Origin: Patescibacteria group bacterium
GTDB taxonomy: Bacteria; Patescibacteriota; Microgenomatia; UBA1400; PJMF01
DNA: 64,000 bases
Direction: 5' to 3'
NCBI GenBank assembly: GCA_016861085.1
Contig: BOKR01000001.1
Location: 387,271 to 451,270 of the forward strand
Numbering within the stretch: position 1 is the stretch's first letter; each line of letters starts with the position of its first letter. The translations under genes and the position numbers were made by a program. This document shows positions 29,068 through 38,711 of this stretch, piece after piece. The notes beneath the pieces are model-generated. The model was not told the DNA's origin, did no database searches, and saw only the letters and a program-made list of their open reading frames with translations.

Positions 29068-29844
29068 ATGTCTAGATTTAGCCGTACACAAAACAGGAGA
29101 AGAACTATAGATTCAGTTACAGAATATTCTGGCGTTTCCTCGAGAAAAGTTCGTAGAGAAAAAAAGAAGGTCATGTCTCAATCAGTAATGATGATTGGTG
29201 TTGCTGTCGTTCTATTTTTTACCTTTATTTTTGTCATTATTCCCAATTTTTTCAATTTTATTACTAACTTTCTTGACTCTTCTACACCGTTTCAAGAAAC
29301 AGATGATATTCCACCGCAAATTCCAATTATTTCTGCACCGGTAAGTGCTACAAATAGTGCCGAATTAAAAATTACTGGGTTTGGTGAGCCTGAAAGTTTT
29401 GTTGTTTTTGTTTTAAACGGCGCAAAAGAAGACAAAGTTACAATTACTCAAGATGGTTCTTTTGAAGTGCCGCTTACTTTATCAGAAGGTGAAAATAAAA
29501 TCAGTGCATATAGTGTTGACAAGGCAGACAATGAATCAGCTGTCACAAAAGAATATATCACTGTATTTGACGCAAAACCACCAAGTATAGAGGTAACAGA
29601 GCCTGCGGATGGCTCAAGTTTTGAGACGAGAGCTAACCAGTCTATAACAATTAAGGGCAAAACTGATGCAGATGATCCTGGAATCAAAATTTACATTTCT
29701 GGCAGGCTTGTTTTTCCAAAAGATGATGGTAGTTTTAGCTATGTGTACCGGTTGAATGAAGGTGAAAATAAATTAGAGATTATCGCCCAAGACAAAGCTG
29801 GGAATTCAAACAAGACTGAAGTGACCTATGCTTTTAGGTTATAG
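29068..29844 (+). CDS. Single-TM protein with two Ig-like domains
   Basis: Basic N-terminus, TM, tandem DGSF...L.EGENK...DKA.N repeats. Confidence 0.8.
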   Translation: MSRFSRTQNRRRTIDSVTEYSGVSSRKVRREKKKVMSQSVMMIGVAVVLFFTFIFVIIPNFFNFITNFLDSSTPFQETDDIPPQIPIISAPVSATNSAELKITGFGEPESFVVFVLNGAKEDKVTITQDGSFEVPLTLSEGENKISAYSVDKADNESAVTKEYITVFDAKPPSIEVTEPADGSSFETRANQSITIKGKTDADDPGIKIYISGRLVFPKDDGSFSYVYRLNEGENKLEIIAQDKAGNSNKTEVTYAFRL

Positions 29845-29846
29845 TT

Positions 29847-31010
29847 TTACTTTTTTTCTAGAGTTGCTAGGCCTCCAAGAAATATCAGTAATACGAATGG
29901 TTGCAGTAGTGAGTTGCTAAATTGACTATGCACTAGGAGTGCAATAAACCCAGCAAAAATATAGATGTTTTTCTTCTTTAGTATCAGTGCAAAGTCAAAA
30001 AGTATCAATAGAAATAGAAAGAATCCGAAAATTCCAGACGAAAGAAAGATATTCACAAAGATATTATCTGGAATTCTTGAATGGCTTGGTATTAGTTCAA
30101 GAGTATTTTTTTGATAATTCAGACTATTTTTTTCTGAAAATAATCCGTTTCCAAGAAATATTGTTTGTGCATTAAGATTTTTCAGTTGCTGAGCTATTGC
30201 TTGAGTTCTGGCAGTAATTGTTGAAGTTCTCAGCAGGTCTACGCCTTCACCAAAGGGTTTTGGTGCCAGAATAACAAAACCAATAAATAATAATAGTCCA
30301 AAAGTCATTTTTTTAATTTGTAATTTAGAAAGCAGTATAATGCACACCGCTGCAACTAATGCGAGATAGCTTGCTCGAGAAAAAGTAAGTACAATTCCCC
30401 ACGAGAAGGCAAATAGAATTAGTAACTTTACAAGCCGGTGCCGCATAAATATACTTGAAATCCCAAGTAACAGTGTCAGTAAAAAGATAATGCCAGTGAA
30501 CCCTGGATCAAAATAGGTACTGATGAGTCTTGCGTAATGATCATCCCAGCCGAGAATTGATAGAAACCGTGTGTCTTTTATAAAAATATATTGTAAGAAT
30601 CCTAAAAAAAGGCTGATTACCCCAACTGAAAAGAACTGAAACTGCAAATAGTCTGCACTAATTTCTTTTGTTTTAATGAGAAGTCCAAGAGTTACTCCAA
30701 AAATAATATACCAAAAAAACCTTAAAAAATATAATAAAGAGATACTATCTTTATTAAAAAATATATTTAGTACCAGAGGAAATAATAGAAAAAAAATAAA
30801 TATCTTTATTTTTTTATTTTTATTAAGTATTTCTTTACAATAATTATATAAAGTTATAGGATTCGTGAAAATAACGTGAAAAATAAAAATTGAGATGACA
30901 ACATCGTGTAGGTAGAAAGCAAGGTTAGGGAAAAATTCAAGTCTCTGTAATTGCCCAAGACTTAATAGGCCAACAAGTGACCAAAGAATTATTTTTCTAA
31001 AGATTTTCAT
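29847..31010 (-). CDS. O-antigen ligase/polymerase family protein
   Basis: Multi-TM; R..STYFDP, LTFSRASY, H...DN motifs. Confidence 0.8.
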   Translation of the reverse strand: MKIFRKIILWSLVGLLSLGQLQRLEFFPNLAFYLHDVVISIFIFHVIFTNPITLYNYCKEILNKNKKIKIFIFFLLFPLVLNIFFNKDSISLLYFLRFFWYIIFGVTLGLLIKTKEISADYLQFQFFSVGVISLFLGFLQYIFIKDTRFLSILGWDDHYARLISTYFDPGFTGIIFLLTLLLGISSIFMRHRLVKLLILFAFSWGIVLTFSRASYLALVAAVCIILLSKLQIKKMTFGLLLFIGFVILAPKPFGEGVDLLRTSTITARTQAIAQQLKNLNAQTIFLGNGLFSEKNSLNYQKNTLELIPSHSRIPDNIFVNIFLSSGIFGFFLFLLILFDFALILKKKNIYIFAGFIALLVHSQFSNSLLQPFVLLIFLGGLATLEKK

Positions 31011-31740
31011 AGTAGAAAACTCTTACAAAAAAAGAATGTAAACTCATAGTGATAGCATATATCAATCCCCTATAGCCATCTAGAAACCCAAGTTTAAAAA
31101 CATAATTAACAATGAATTTGCCAATAGGAAATACTACCATTTGAAGTATAGTTTCATTTTTATTTAGAGATTTATTTTTGCTTTCAAGCCGGGCATATGC
31201 TGTTACTTTCTCTAAAAATGCTTGTATTGAGTTATGTGAGTAGTGAGAAATTATGAAATTGGCAGATCCCAAATGTCCTGAATAGTCAACTACTTCGTGA
31301 ACATTTCTTACAAAACTACCCTTCTGTGTTTTAAACAAACGAATTAAACTAATATTTCCAGTCTCACCATACAGTAATGGTTTACCCAAAAAATAGTCGA
31401 CCCGATTAATTGCAACGGCATCATATAAGTTTTGTTGAATTATTGTATTTATTTCGTCATCTGCATTGTCTGGGAGAATTTCATCACTGTCTAAAAATAA
31501 AACCCAAGGTGTTTTTACCTTTTTAAGTGCTTCATTGCGAACTCTTGAAAAATCTAAAATTGTTTCTGGGTATTGAGTGACTGTAAAATGATACTTTTCC
31601 TTTAGTTCTTTCCAGTTGTTTGTACTTGCATTATCAATAATAAAAATAGAATCTGCAAATTGTGCAGATTTGAGAGCTTTCTCAAAAAGAGTATCACTCC
31701 TGTTTGTAAGAATAACAATGCTCAGTTGTTCTATCTTCAT
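30997..31740 (-). CDS. Glycosyltransferase family 2
   Basis: IIDNAS, FS.VRN, FLDSDE, VHE, GFLDG.RG. Confidence 0.9.
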   Translation of the reverse strand: MKIEQLSIVILTNRSDTLFEKALKSAQFADSIFIIDNASTNNWKELKEKYHFTVTQYPETILDFSRVRNEALKKVKTPWVLFLDSDEILPDNADDEINTIIQQNLYDAVAINRVDYFLGKPLLYGETGNISLIRLFKTQKGSFVRNVHEVVDYSGHLGSANFIISHYSHNSIQAFLEKVTAYARLESKNKSLNKNETILQMVVFPIGKFIVNYVFKLGFLDGYRGLIYAITMSLHSFFVRVFYYENL

Positions 31741-32969
31741 TTTTTGCTTCTTTCAGAAAGAGTTGTATATGCTCTAAAGAATAAGACGGGCATTGCAATA
31801 AATCGACTGATAACTAAAGCTATTCCTGCCCCCAAAATACCGAGTTGTTTTGGTAAGATGAGCAATAAAATGATAAGTGTCACAACGGTCAAGACAAGGT
31901 GAAAGTTTATGGTTGAGTAATTCTTTTTTGCAAAAAACAATGAATAAAAAATTGCAGAGATACTCTGTAAAATTCCTGCAAGGACAAATAGATATAAGTA
32001 TGGTGTGACACTTAACCATTGTGCTCCTAAAATCAAGTTGACAATGAATTCTGGTGCGATAAGTAATGGCATAGAGAGTCCGACTACTATTATTGTAGTT
32101 ACAACGATTGATTTTAAAAATGCTTTTTTAAGTCTAGTCCTTTCTTCGGCAATCTTTGTGAATACAGGCAAAATACTATGATGTGCTGATTTGGCAAAGT
32201 CATAATTAACTTTATGACCAAGACTATATGCATTGTGATATAAACCAAGTGAATGTGTGCCAATTATTTTTCCAAGCAAAAAATCATCAATATTTTCATT
32301 AATATAAGAAAGTGCAGCAGAAATAGTTAGTCCCTTTGCATTTGAGAGAATTACTTTAGCTCTGTTGGGGATATAGACAAAACTTGGTTTGTCTTTGAAA
32401 ACCATGAAACTTAAAAATACCTCAAACAGACCGCCAACTAGAAGACCAAAGACCAATGCCACTACTGATTTGAACGCAAAGGCTAAGAGAACAGTGGCAG
32501 TTGTCTCAAACAAAATAACGGTAAATCTAAATGCGCTATCTTTAAAAAATTGTAAGTTTTTATGAAACAAAACGATACTTGGGTTAATAAATCCTTTAAT
32601 CACTGGTACGAGAGCCGCAATTGCAATAAGGATTTTTAACGAACTTTCATTGTAAAACTTGCTCATGAGTACGCCCATGAGTACCATGATGATTCCAATT
32701 ATAAATCCTCTGACAATTGCAATAACCCAAGCAGAATCAATAAAATATTTAATTGACTGTTTTGACTGAATAATGGTTAAGTTAACGCCAGTTTCTGTAG
32801 TTGCTTCTGCTATGCCTAAAGTAATAGCAATTAAGGCAAAAAGACCAAAATCGTTGGGTGTTAAAATACGGGCTATAAACATGGTCTTCACTAAGATTGT
32901 GATAATAGTTGCAAAGCGCAAAACTGTTTGCCAACTAAAGCCAGAAATAGTATTTTTCATGTAGCCCAT
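31737..32969 (-). CDS. Oligosaccharide flippase (Wzx/MOP family)
   Basis: ARILTPNDFG, LGLYHNAY, multi-TM; next to GT2 and ligase. Confidence 0.88.
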   Translation of the reverse strand: MGYMKNTISGFSWQTVLRFATIITILVKTMFIARILTPNDFGLFALIAITLGIAEATTETGVNLTIIQSKQSIKYFIDSAWVIAIVRGFIIGIIMVLMGVLMSKFYNESSLKILIAIAALVPVIKGFINPSIVLFHKNLQFFKDSAFRFTVILFETTATVLLAFAFKSVVALVFGLLVGGLFEVFLSFMVFKDKPSFVYIPNRAKVILSNAKGLTISAALSYINENIDDFLLGKIIGTHSLGLYHNAYSLGHKVNYDFAKSAHHSILPVFTKIAEERTRLKKAFLKSIVVTTIIVVGLSMPLLIAPEFIVNLILGAQWLSVTPYLYLFVLAGILQSISAIFYSLFFAKKNYSTINFHLVLTVVTLIILLLILPKQLGILGAGIALVISRFIAMPVLFFRAYTTLSERSKK

Positions 32970-33029
32970 GTTTCTATTATCCACGTTTAGGGCTTGAAAC
33001 TCCAGCCCTGAAACATCATAATCCTTGGT

Positions 33030-33605
33030 ATGATACGAATCCTGAAATCTTTTAGCAGTTTATTTCTTGATATTGCAGAAACGGTAACTATTGGTGCTTC
33101 TTTTTTCTTGATAGTTTACTTATTTTTTATGCAACCTCATCAGGTCAATGGTCGTTCTATGTTTCCGACTTTTAATTCTGGAGATTACTTGTTAACAAAC
33201 AAAGTTAGTTACAGAGTTGGAGAACCAAAGCGTGGTGACGTGGTTGTCTTTCACGCACCAGAAGAGGCAAGTTGTCCAACCGGAACAGGATGTGATTTTA
33301 TTAAACGTATTCTTGCTGTTCCTGGCGATACAATTGCCCTTCATGACAACGCATACTTTGTAAATGGTGAAAAGTTGAACGAATCTTACATTCCAGCAGA
33401 ATTCAAAACATTGCCTGGAAAATTTATTGAAGGACGAACTGTTACCATGGGACCAGACGAATATTTTGTTTCTGGTGATAATAGAGAGTACTCAAGTGAT
33501 TCTCGTGTGTGGGGTCCAATTAGCAAGTCTGATATTGTTGGAAAAGCGTTTGTACGGTACTGGCCAGTTAAAGATTGGGGTTGGGTTGAAGACGTTACTT
33601 ATTAG
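33030..33605 (+). CDS. lepB: Signal peptidase I
   Basis: GRSMFPT, RGDVVVF, FIKRI, GDNR..S.DSR.WG. Confidence 0.95.
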   Translation: MIRILKSFSSLFLDIAETVTIGASFFLIVYLFFMQPHQVNGRSMFPTFNSGDYLLTNKVSYRVGEPKRGDVVVFHAPEEASCPTGTGCDFIKRILAVPGDTIALHDNAYFVNGEKLNESYIPAEFKTLPGKFIEGRTVTMGPDEYFVSGDNREYSSDSRVWGPISKSDIVGKAFVRYWPVKDWGWVEDVTY

Positions 33606-33622
33606 TCTTTGCTAGAAAAGCA

Positions 33623-34468
33623 CTAATGTTCTGAGCCGCTTTTTACAGCTTCAATAAAACGCATTATTTTTTCCAAGCCCTCTTGGGTTGCCTCTGGGTC
33701 ACCTTTGAGAATAAAACTCACCTGGGTTGATTGGTTAGTTCGTTTTAACTTTAATTTTGAGCGGGCGCCAAGGTAGTTTTTAACTTTTTGTTCCCAATCT
33801 TTGACTTGTTCGTCATCAATCTGATATACGACTGATTTTGGTTTAAAAATTCTAGTTTGACCAGTCCTTGTTTTAGCAATTCTTGCCAGTTCTTCTGCTC
33901 TTCTAACGGAAGCATTCTCTTTGAGAATTTGTTTGTAAACCTCAATCATTGTTTTGATATCTTCAATACCAGAAATAGCGCGAGCATGGCCTTCAGAGAT
34001 CTGTTTTCCAAGCAGTCCATCTTTAATTGCATCAGGCAATTCAAGCAGCTTAAGTGAGTTACTAATAAAGGAAACTGATTTTCCAACTCTTTCTGCAACT
34101 TCACCAACTCCTAAGTTAAACTCTTGCTGTAATTTGAAGAATGCTTGTGCTCTTTCTATTGGTGTTAAGTTAACTCTTTGCAAGTTTTCAATGATTGCCA
34201 TCTCCAACATACCTTTTGGGGTTGTTTCTTTAATGATGGCGGGAACTTCGGTAAGACCAGCAATTTTTGCTGCCCTCCACCTGCGTTCCCCTGCAATAAT
34301 TTGGTACCCAGCTGGGGTGTGGGCAATAACAAGTGGCTCTAAAATGCCATGGATTTTGATTGATTTCACCAGATCTTCAAGTTCATCATTATTTATTTTT
34401 TCTCTGGGCTGAAATGGGTTTGCTTGGAGAATTTTAATATCAATGTTTTGAACGGTTTGGTTTTGCAT
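33623..34468 (-). CDS. parB: ParB/Spo0J partition protein
   Basis: NPFQPR, IIAGERRWRAA, IENLQR, HTH, GHARA. Confidence 0.95.
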   Translation of the reverse strand: MQNQTVQNIDIKILQANPFQPREKINNDELEDLVKSIKIHGILEPLVIAHTPAGYQIIAGERRWRAAKIAGLTEVPAIIKETTPKGMLEMAIIENLQRVNLTPIERAQAFFKLQQEFNLGVGEVAERVGKSVSFISNSLKLLELPDAIKDGLLGKQISEGHARAISGIEDIKTMIEVYKQILKENASVRRAEELARIAKTRTGQTRIFKPKSVVYQIDDEQVKDWEQKVKNYLGARSKLKLKRTNQSTQVSFILKGDPEATQEGLEKIMRFIEAVKSGSEH

Positions 34469-34530
34469 ACTCAAAGTATAACAGACTTTTTTGTGAAAAA
34501 AGTGTGAAACGTGATGTGGTTTTAACTAAT

Positions 34531-34555
34531 AAAAAAGCCTCCTTGCGGAGGCTTT
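34531..34555 (-). terminator. Intrinsic terminator after rpmA
   Basis: Minus strand AAAGCCTCC-gcaa-GGAGGCTTTTTT. Confidence 0.8.
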
Positions 34556-34572
34556 GGAATTCAATTGTGAAA

Positions 34573-34830
34573 TTACTCTTTAATAACGTTCGCAACAGTT
34601 TTGCCGAATTTTTTAGAAAAAGCGACAACGCCTTCAATCATTGCAAAAATTGTGTGGTCACTACCCATTCCAACACCTTTGCCAGCTTTATATTTTTCAC
34701 CTCTTTGTCTCAAAATAATATTTCCAGTGATAACTTTTTCACCAGCATATTTTTTAAGGCCGAGTCTTTTACCATGGCGTTTGCCTTGTTTGTGTTGTGC
34801 TACCTTACCACCTGCTTTAACGTGTGACAT
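34573..34830 (-). CDS. rpmA: 50S ribosomal protein L27
   Basis: MSHVKAGG, KRLGLK, GNIILRQRG, DHTIFA. Confidence 0.96.
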   Translation of the reverse strand: MSHVKAGGKVAQHKQGKRHGKRLGLKKYAGEKVITGNIILRQRGEKYKAGKGVGMGSDHTIFAMIEGVVAFSKKFGKTVANVIKE

Positions 34831-34835
34831 GTTTC

Positions 34836-36011
34836 TTATTCCTTATGTTGTTTATTGAACCTAAATCTGTAAATTTGTCTTTGTACCACAGCTTGTGGAC
34901 GACTATATAATACCGGTTTAGACAATGTAGTGTACCCAAAACTTGCTAATTTGTCAATTAACAAGTCGAGAGAATAGACTGTTTCTTTACCTCTTTCATT
35001 GGTAATTGTGACAGTTGGGAAGACAATTGTTACACTGGCTCCATCAGCCAATAAGTTGGTCCAATGTTTGAAGGCACCCAAATACATTTTTTCTAAGCCT
35101 TTGAAGATAAATGGTAATTTAGCTGGGTTTGGTTTTGGTTTTCCCAAGAATGGCTCAGTTACTATGTATTGAATTTTATCTTTTTGAGGTGGAATTTTGG
35201 TAGCATCTGATGCAAAAACAGTATATTCATGGGTAAACGGATAATACTCTTTTAACCATTCTAGGTTACGTTTGGTTCCAGCAACTGCTGCTTCATCAAG
35301 GTCAGTACCAATAACATCAAGATTGGTTAATAAACCTTCAATGATGACGGTTCCTGTACCACAGAACGGGTCAAGTAATATGTTTTTTCTGTTTTCTTGA
35401 ACAGGATTATCGCCAATAGCAATGTTTACCATCATGAGTGCAACTTTTGGAGGCAACATACCTTTTTTACGGTCAAAGTATGGTTTGTTTCTGTCCTTAT
35501 GGGTCCAGTCATCAATATCTTGAACACCAATTGTTTCTCCCAGGTAAGCACCATCATTTGTTGAGAGTAAATATACTTCTCTGACTTTTTTCTTGTGTAA
35601 CAATATTGAAGCTGAAAGTCCATATCGAGAACCTTCGACATATCTTGAGTTAACACCTTTGTTTTGGAGCAAAGATTTTAATTCAAAACCTTCAATTTTT
35701 TCTAAGTGGTCTCTGCCAAGTTCACTAAACCCAAAATGGATTTTGTTTCCATCAGCTAAAAGCATAAGATGATCAACGACGATCTCTTTGAGCTCTTCAA
35801 TATCTGTAGTTTCTACTTTCTTGATTTCTTTAATGACTTTAACAGTTCCACCAAGAAGATCAACGAGCTCTTTGGCTCTTTGATCAGAATTTAGAGAGAC
35901 TCTAGCTAATTGAGGGCTGACTTGTTCAACAAATTCAGCTCCAATGACTGCATTGAGCTCGACTAAAGACAATTCTGGTGTATTTCCCAGCTGGAAAAAA
36001 TACTGTTGCAT
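34836..36011 (-). CDS. Trm11/TrmG10-like (THUMP + SAM) RNA methyltransferase
   Basis: GMLPPKVA.MMVN, LDPFCGTGT, TEPFLG motif IV. Confidence 0.75.
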   Translation of the reverse strand: MQQYFFQLGNTPELSLVELNAVIGAEFVEQVSPQLARVSLNSDQRAKELVDLLGGTVKVIKEIKKVETTDIEELKEIVVDHLMLLADGNKIHFGFSELGRDHLEKIEGFELKSLLQNKGVNSRYVEGSRYGLSASILLHKKKVREVYLLSTNDGAYLGETIGVQDIDDWTHKDRNKPYFDRKKGMLPPKVALMMVNIAIGDNPVQENRKNILLDPFCGTGTVIIEGLLTNLDVIGTDLDEAAVAGTKRNLEWLKEYYPFTHEYTVFASDATKIPPQKDKIQYIVTEPFLGKPKPNPAKLPFIFKGLEKMYLGAFKHWTNLLADGASVTIVFPTVTITNERGKETVYSLDLLIDKLASFGYTTLSKPVLYSRPQAVVQRQIYRFRFNKQHKE

Positions 36012-36029
36012 AATGATAGTATACAGTTT

Positions 36030-36347
36030 TTAGGCTTTGATTTTAACAACCTTCAAATAAGTTTGAAGTTGTCTGTGCCCTTGAGTTTTTCTGTACTTTG
36101 ATTTGGCTTTGTACTTGAAAACTCTAATTTTTTCACCTTTTGCGTGCTCGACAACTTCTAGAGTTACCTCTGCACCAGCAACGGTTGGAGTTCCAACAGT
36201 ACTTGCTTTTTCATCTGCGATTAATAGCACATCGCTTACTTTAATTTTGTCGCCGACTTCTTTATCAGCAATTCTATCGGTTGTGATGGTATCACCTTCA
36301 CTAACCTTAAATTGTTTACCAGAAATTTGAATAACTGCGTATGACAT
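36030..36347 (-). CDS. rplU: 50S ribosomal protein L21
   Basis: YAVIQISGKQFKV, KYKAK..YRK.QGHRQ. Confidence 0.96.
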   Translation of the reverse strand: MSYAVIQISGKQFKVSEGDTITTDRIADKEVGDKIKVSDVLLIADEKASTVGTPTVAGAEVTLEVVEHAKGEKIRVFKYKAKSKYRKTQGHRQLQTYLKVVKIKA

Positions 36348-36385
36348 ATTTCCTTTCAAGATTGAACAGCTATTATACCATGAAA

Positions 36386-37447
36386 CTATTCCAAGTGGAG
36401 TGTCACTTTTGGCTTTTGATTAATTCGGATACTTTGGATAATGCCGAACATAGCAAGCAGAGTCAAAATTGAGCTTCCACCATATGACAATAATGGTAAT
36501 GTAATACCAGTGATTGGTAAAAGCCCAATGTTCATGCCAATGTTCACGCCAGTTTGAAGTGTTGTCATTACTGCAGTTACATAGCAGAATAATTGTTCAG
36601 AAAAATTGGCATGCTGGGCAGTGTTTAGTATGGTCACAATTAACACAGTGTATAAAGTTAAGACAAGCAGTGCTCCAATGAAGCCAAATTCTTCTGCAAA
36701 TGAAGCAAACACAAAGTCTGTTTGTCGTTCTGGTAAGAATCGTAAATGAGATTGGATGCCTTGTCCTAATCCTCTGCCAGTGATTTGGCCAGAGCCAACA
36801 GCAATTAGTGACTGTCTAGCATTGTATCCGGCTCCTTGAGTATCATCTGGAGAAATAAATGAAGTAATACGAGCTTTCTGGTATGGCTGTAGCACAAAAA
36901 GCCAAGCTATCAATACAGTAACAAAGCCTCCGGCTATAAATGGAATCATATGCAGTGGTCTTGTTTTAGAAAAAAAGAGAATTGTGAGTACTGAAAGAAG
37001 ATACACAATTGTGGTACCCAAGTCTGGCTCAATTAAAATGAGGATTCCTGGGATTGCAACAAGTGTAAGGAAAACAAACAAATTTTTGAGGTTTGTGAGT
37101 GGTTTTTTCTTAAAAAAGGTTATGAGAAACAATGATGCAGTAGGAATAGCGAGTTGTGAACCTTGGATTGCAAATATTCCTCCTACATCAATCCAGCGGT
37201 GACTTCCTTTTGTTGCTTCACCTATTATCAGAGTTAAAATCAAGAGGAATATGACACCAATATACCCCAAGAGGCTCAACTCTTGAAATCGTTTAAAGGA
37301 AATCTTTGAGAATCCAACAAAAATGGCAAACCCAATCATAAAAAAAATGAGTTGTTTAGGGGCTAGCGCGGGGAAAATACTCGAAAGGGTTAAGATGCTC
37401 AAAAGACCTAAAATTAAAATAATAGCTGGCAGAATCCATAACCTCAT
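36386..37447 (-). CDS. rodA: SEDS family protein, RodA-like
   Basis: RWI, EPDLGT, GSG..GRG, LPERQTDFVF, PITGITLPLLSYGGSS; outside the dcw cluster. Confidence 0.85.
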   Translation of the reverse strand: MRLWILPAIILILGLLSILTLSSIFPALAPKQLIFFMIGFAIFVGFSKISFKRFQELSLLGYIGVIFLLILTLIIGEATKGSHRWIDVGGIFAIQGSQLAIPTASLFLITFFKKKPLTNLKNLFVFLTLVAIPGILILIEPDLGTTIVYLLSVLTILFFSKTRPLHMIPFIAGGFVTVLIAWLFVLQPYQKARITSFISPDDTQGAGYNARQSLIAVGSGQITGRGLGQGIQSHLRFLPERQTDFVFASFAEEFGFIGALLVLTLYTVLIVTILNTAQHANFSEQLFCYVTAVMTTLQTGVNIGMNIGLLPITGITLPLLSYGGSSILTLLAMFGIIQSIRINQKPKVTLHLE

Positions 37448-37484
37448 GATTTAGAGTATACATGTTTACTGTTTGTGGGCAAGG

Positions 37485-38693
37485 CTACGCGTGCTCAAGT
37501 TCTTTTTGTGGCATTTTAATTTTATGAGGGACAACAAACAATAAAGTTACTGCAATTACGGCCAACGTTACACCTAAAATTGAAAATGATGCTTTATATC
37601 CTGTTTGGCTGGCTAAAAATGTAGCAATAATTGGACCAATTACATAGGCCAAGCTCGTTGAAGATCCCTGTAATCCTATCATTTCGTTACTCTTATCTTT
37701 GAGTCTACTCACATAATCTTCAAATGTTGCTTTTAACTCTGGTATGGCTGCACCCATAAAAAGTGATGTCATTGCAGTTAAGAATAATAGTACTGGAATT
37801 GATTCAATAAAATGAAATCCACTTAAGAATAGCCCGGCTATTGCACTACTAATCAGTGCTATTTTTTTCTTTCCGGTGTCTAAGTTGAGTTTTCCTAAAG
37901 CAAAACCAACTAAGATGGCTGGAGCTATATACGCTGTGATAAATAAGCTGCCAAGTTTACTGGTTTCACTGAGTTCTTGTGAAAGTAACGTGCCGATTGT
38001 CCAAAACCCAGCATCTATTGTTGTTAGTGCTACTTCTAGAAGAAGTAATGGCCAGACCTTTGGTAATAATAACTTCCAAATTCTAAACTCTGTAGTCCAT
38101 GATTTCTTTATGGGGACTTGTGTGTCAGCATTAAATCTATTTTTGACAAACTTTTTTTTGAAAATGAGTGAAAGTACAATAGCAACAGCGAGAAGTAAAC
38201 AGACCAAAATAAAATTGATTGAGTAGCCAAAGCTGAGCAATTGCACAACAATGATGGGTGCGAGTGCATACGCAGAGGATTGGAATGCTTGGATTAATCC
38301 CCATGTTTTTGAGTGCTCATGAAGTCGAGCATATGAATGAACAAAATGGAATGATGAAAAAAGGTTGAGTTCATAGTAAATACCCCAAATTCCCATGGCA
38401 ATTAGAAAAGTAATTATATGGTTTGGAAATAACAAATAAGTTAGAGGAAGCATAACAGCTGCTAAGAGTGTTGCCTTCAAAAAAAAGTAGTGTGGCTGGT
38501 TTGTAAATAATTTTGGAAATAGTACGTCACAAATGATTCCAATAACTGATGAGAATGAGAAAATTAATCCCATCAAAAATGCATCGTTAACTTGTGATTC
38601 GATAAAGATGGGACTGACGTACGACATGATCGCATCAGCAAATGATATAAAGAAAATAATTGGAATAAAAAGAAACAGTGATCGATTCTTCAC
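37485..38693 (-). CDS. MFS transporter
   Basis: About 12 hydrophobic helices in two halves; GTG start inferred from CATAAT 6 nt upstream. Confidence 0.8.
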   Translation of the reverse strand: MKNRSLFLFIPIIFFISFADAIMSYVSPIFIESQVNDAFLMGLIFSFSSVIGIICDVLFPKLFTNQPHYFFLKATLLAAVMLPLTYLLFPNHIITFLIAMGIWGIYYELNLFSSFHFVHSYARLHEHSKTWGLIQAFQSSAYALAPIIVVQLLSFGYSINFILVCLLLAVAIVLSLIFKKKFVKNRFNADTQVPIKKSWTTEFRIWKLLLPKVWPLLLLEVALTTIDAGFWTIGTLLSQELSETSKLGSLFITAYIAPAILVGFALGKLNLDTGKKKIALISSAIAGLFLSGFHFIESIPVLLFLTAMTSLFMGAAIPELKATFEDYVSRLKDKSNEMIGLQGSSTSLAYVIGPIIATFLASQTGYKASFSILGVTLAVIAVTLLFVVPHKIKMPQKELEHA

Positions 38694-38711
38694 TTTTCTA
38701 TTATGACACAA

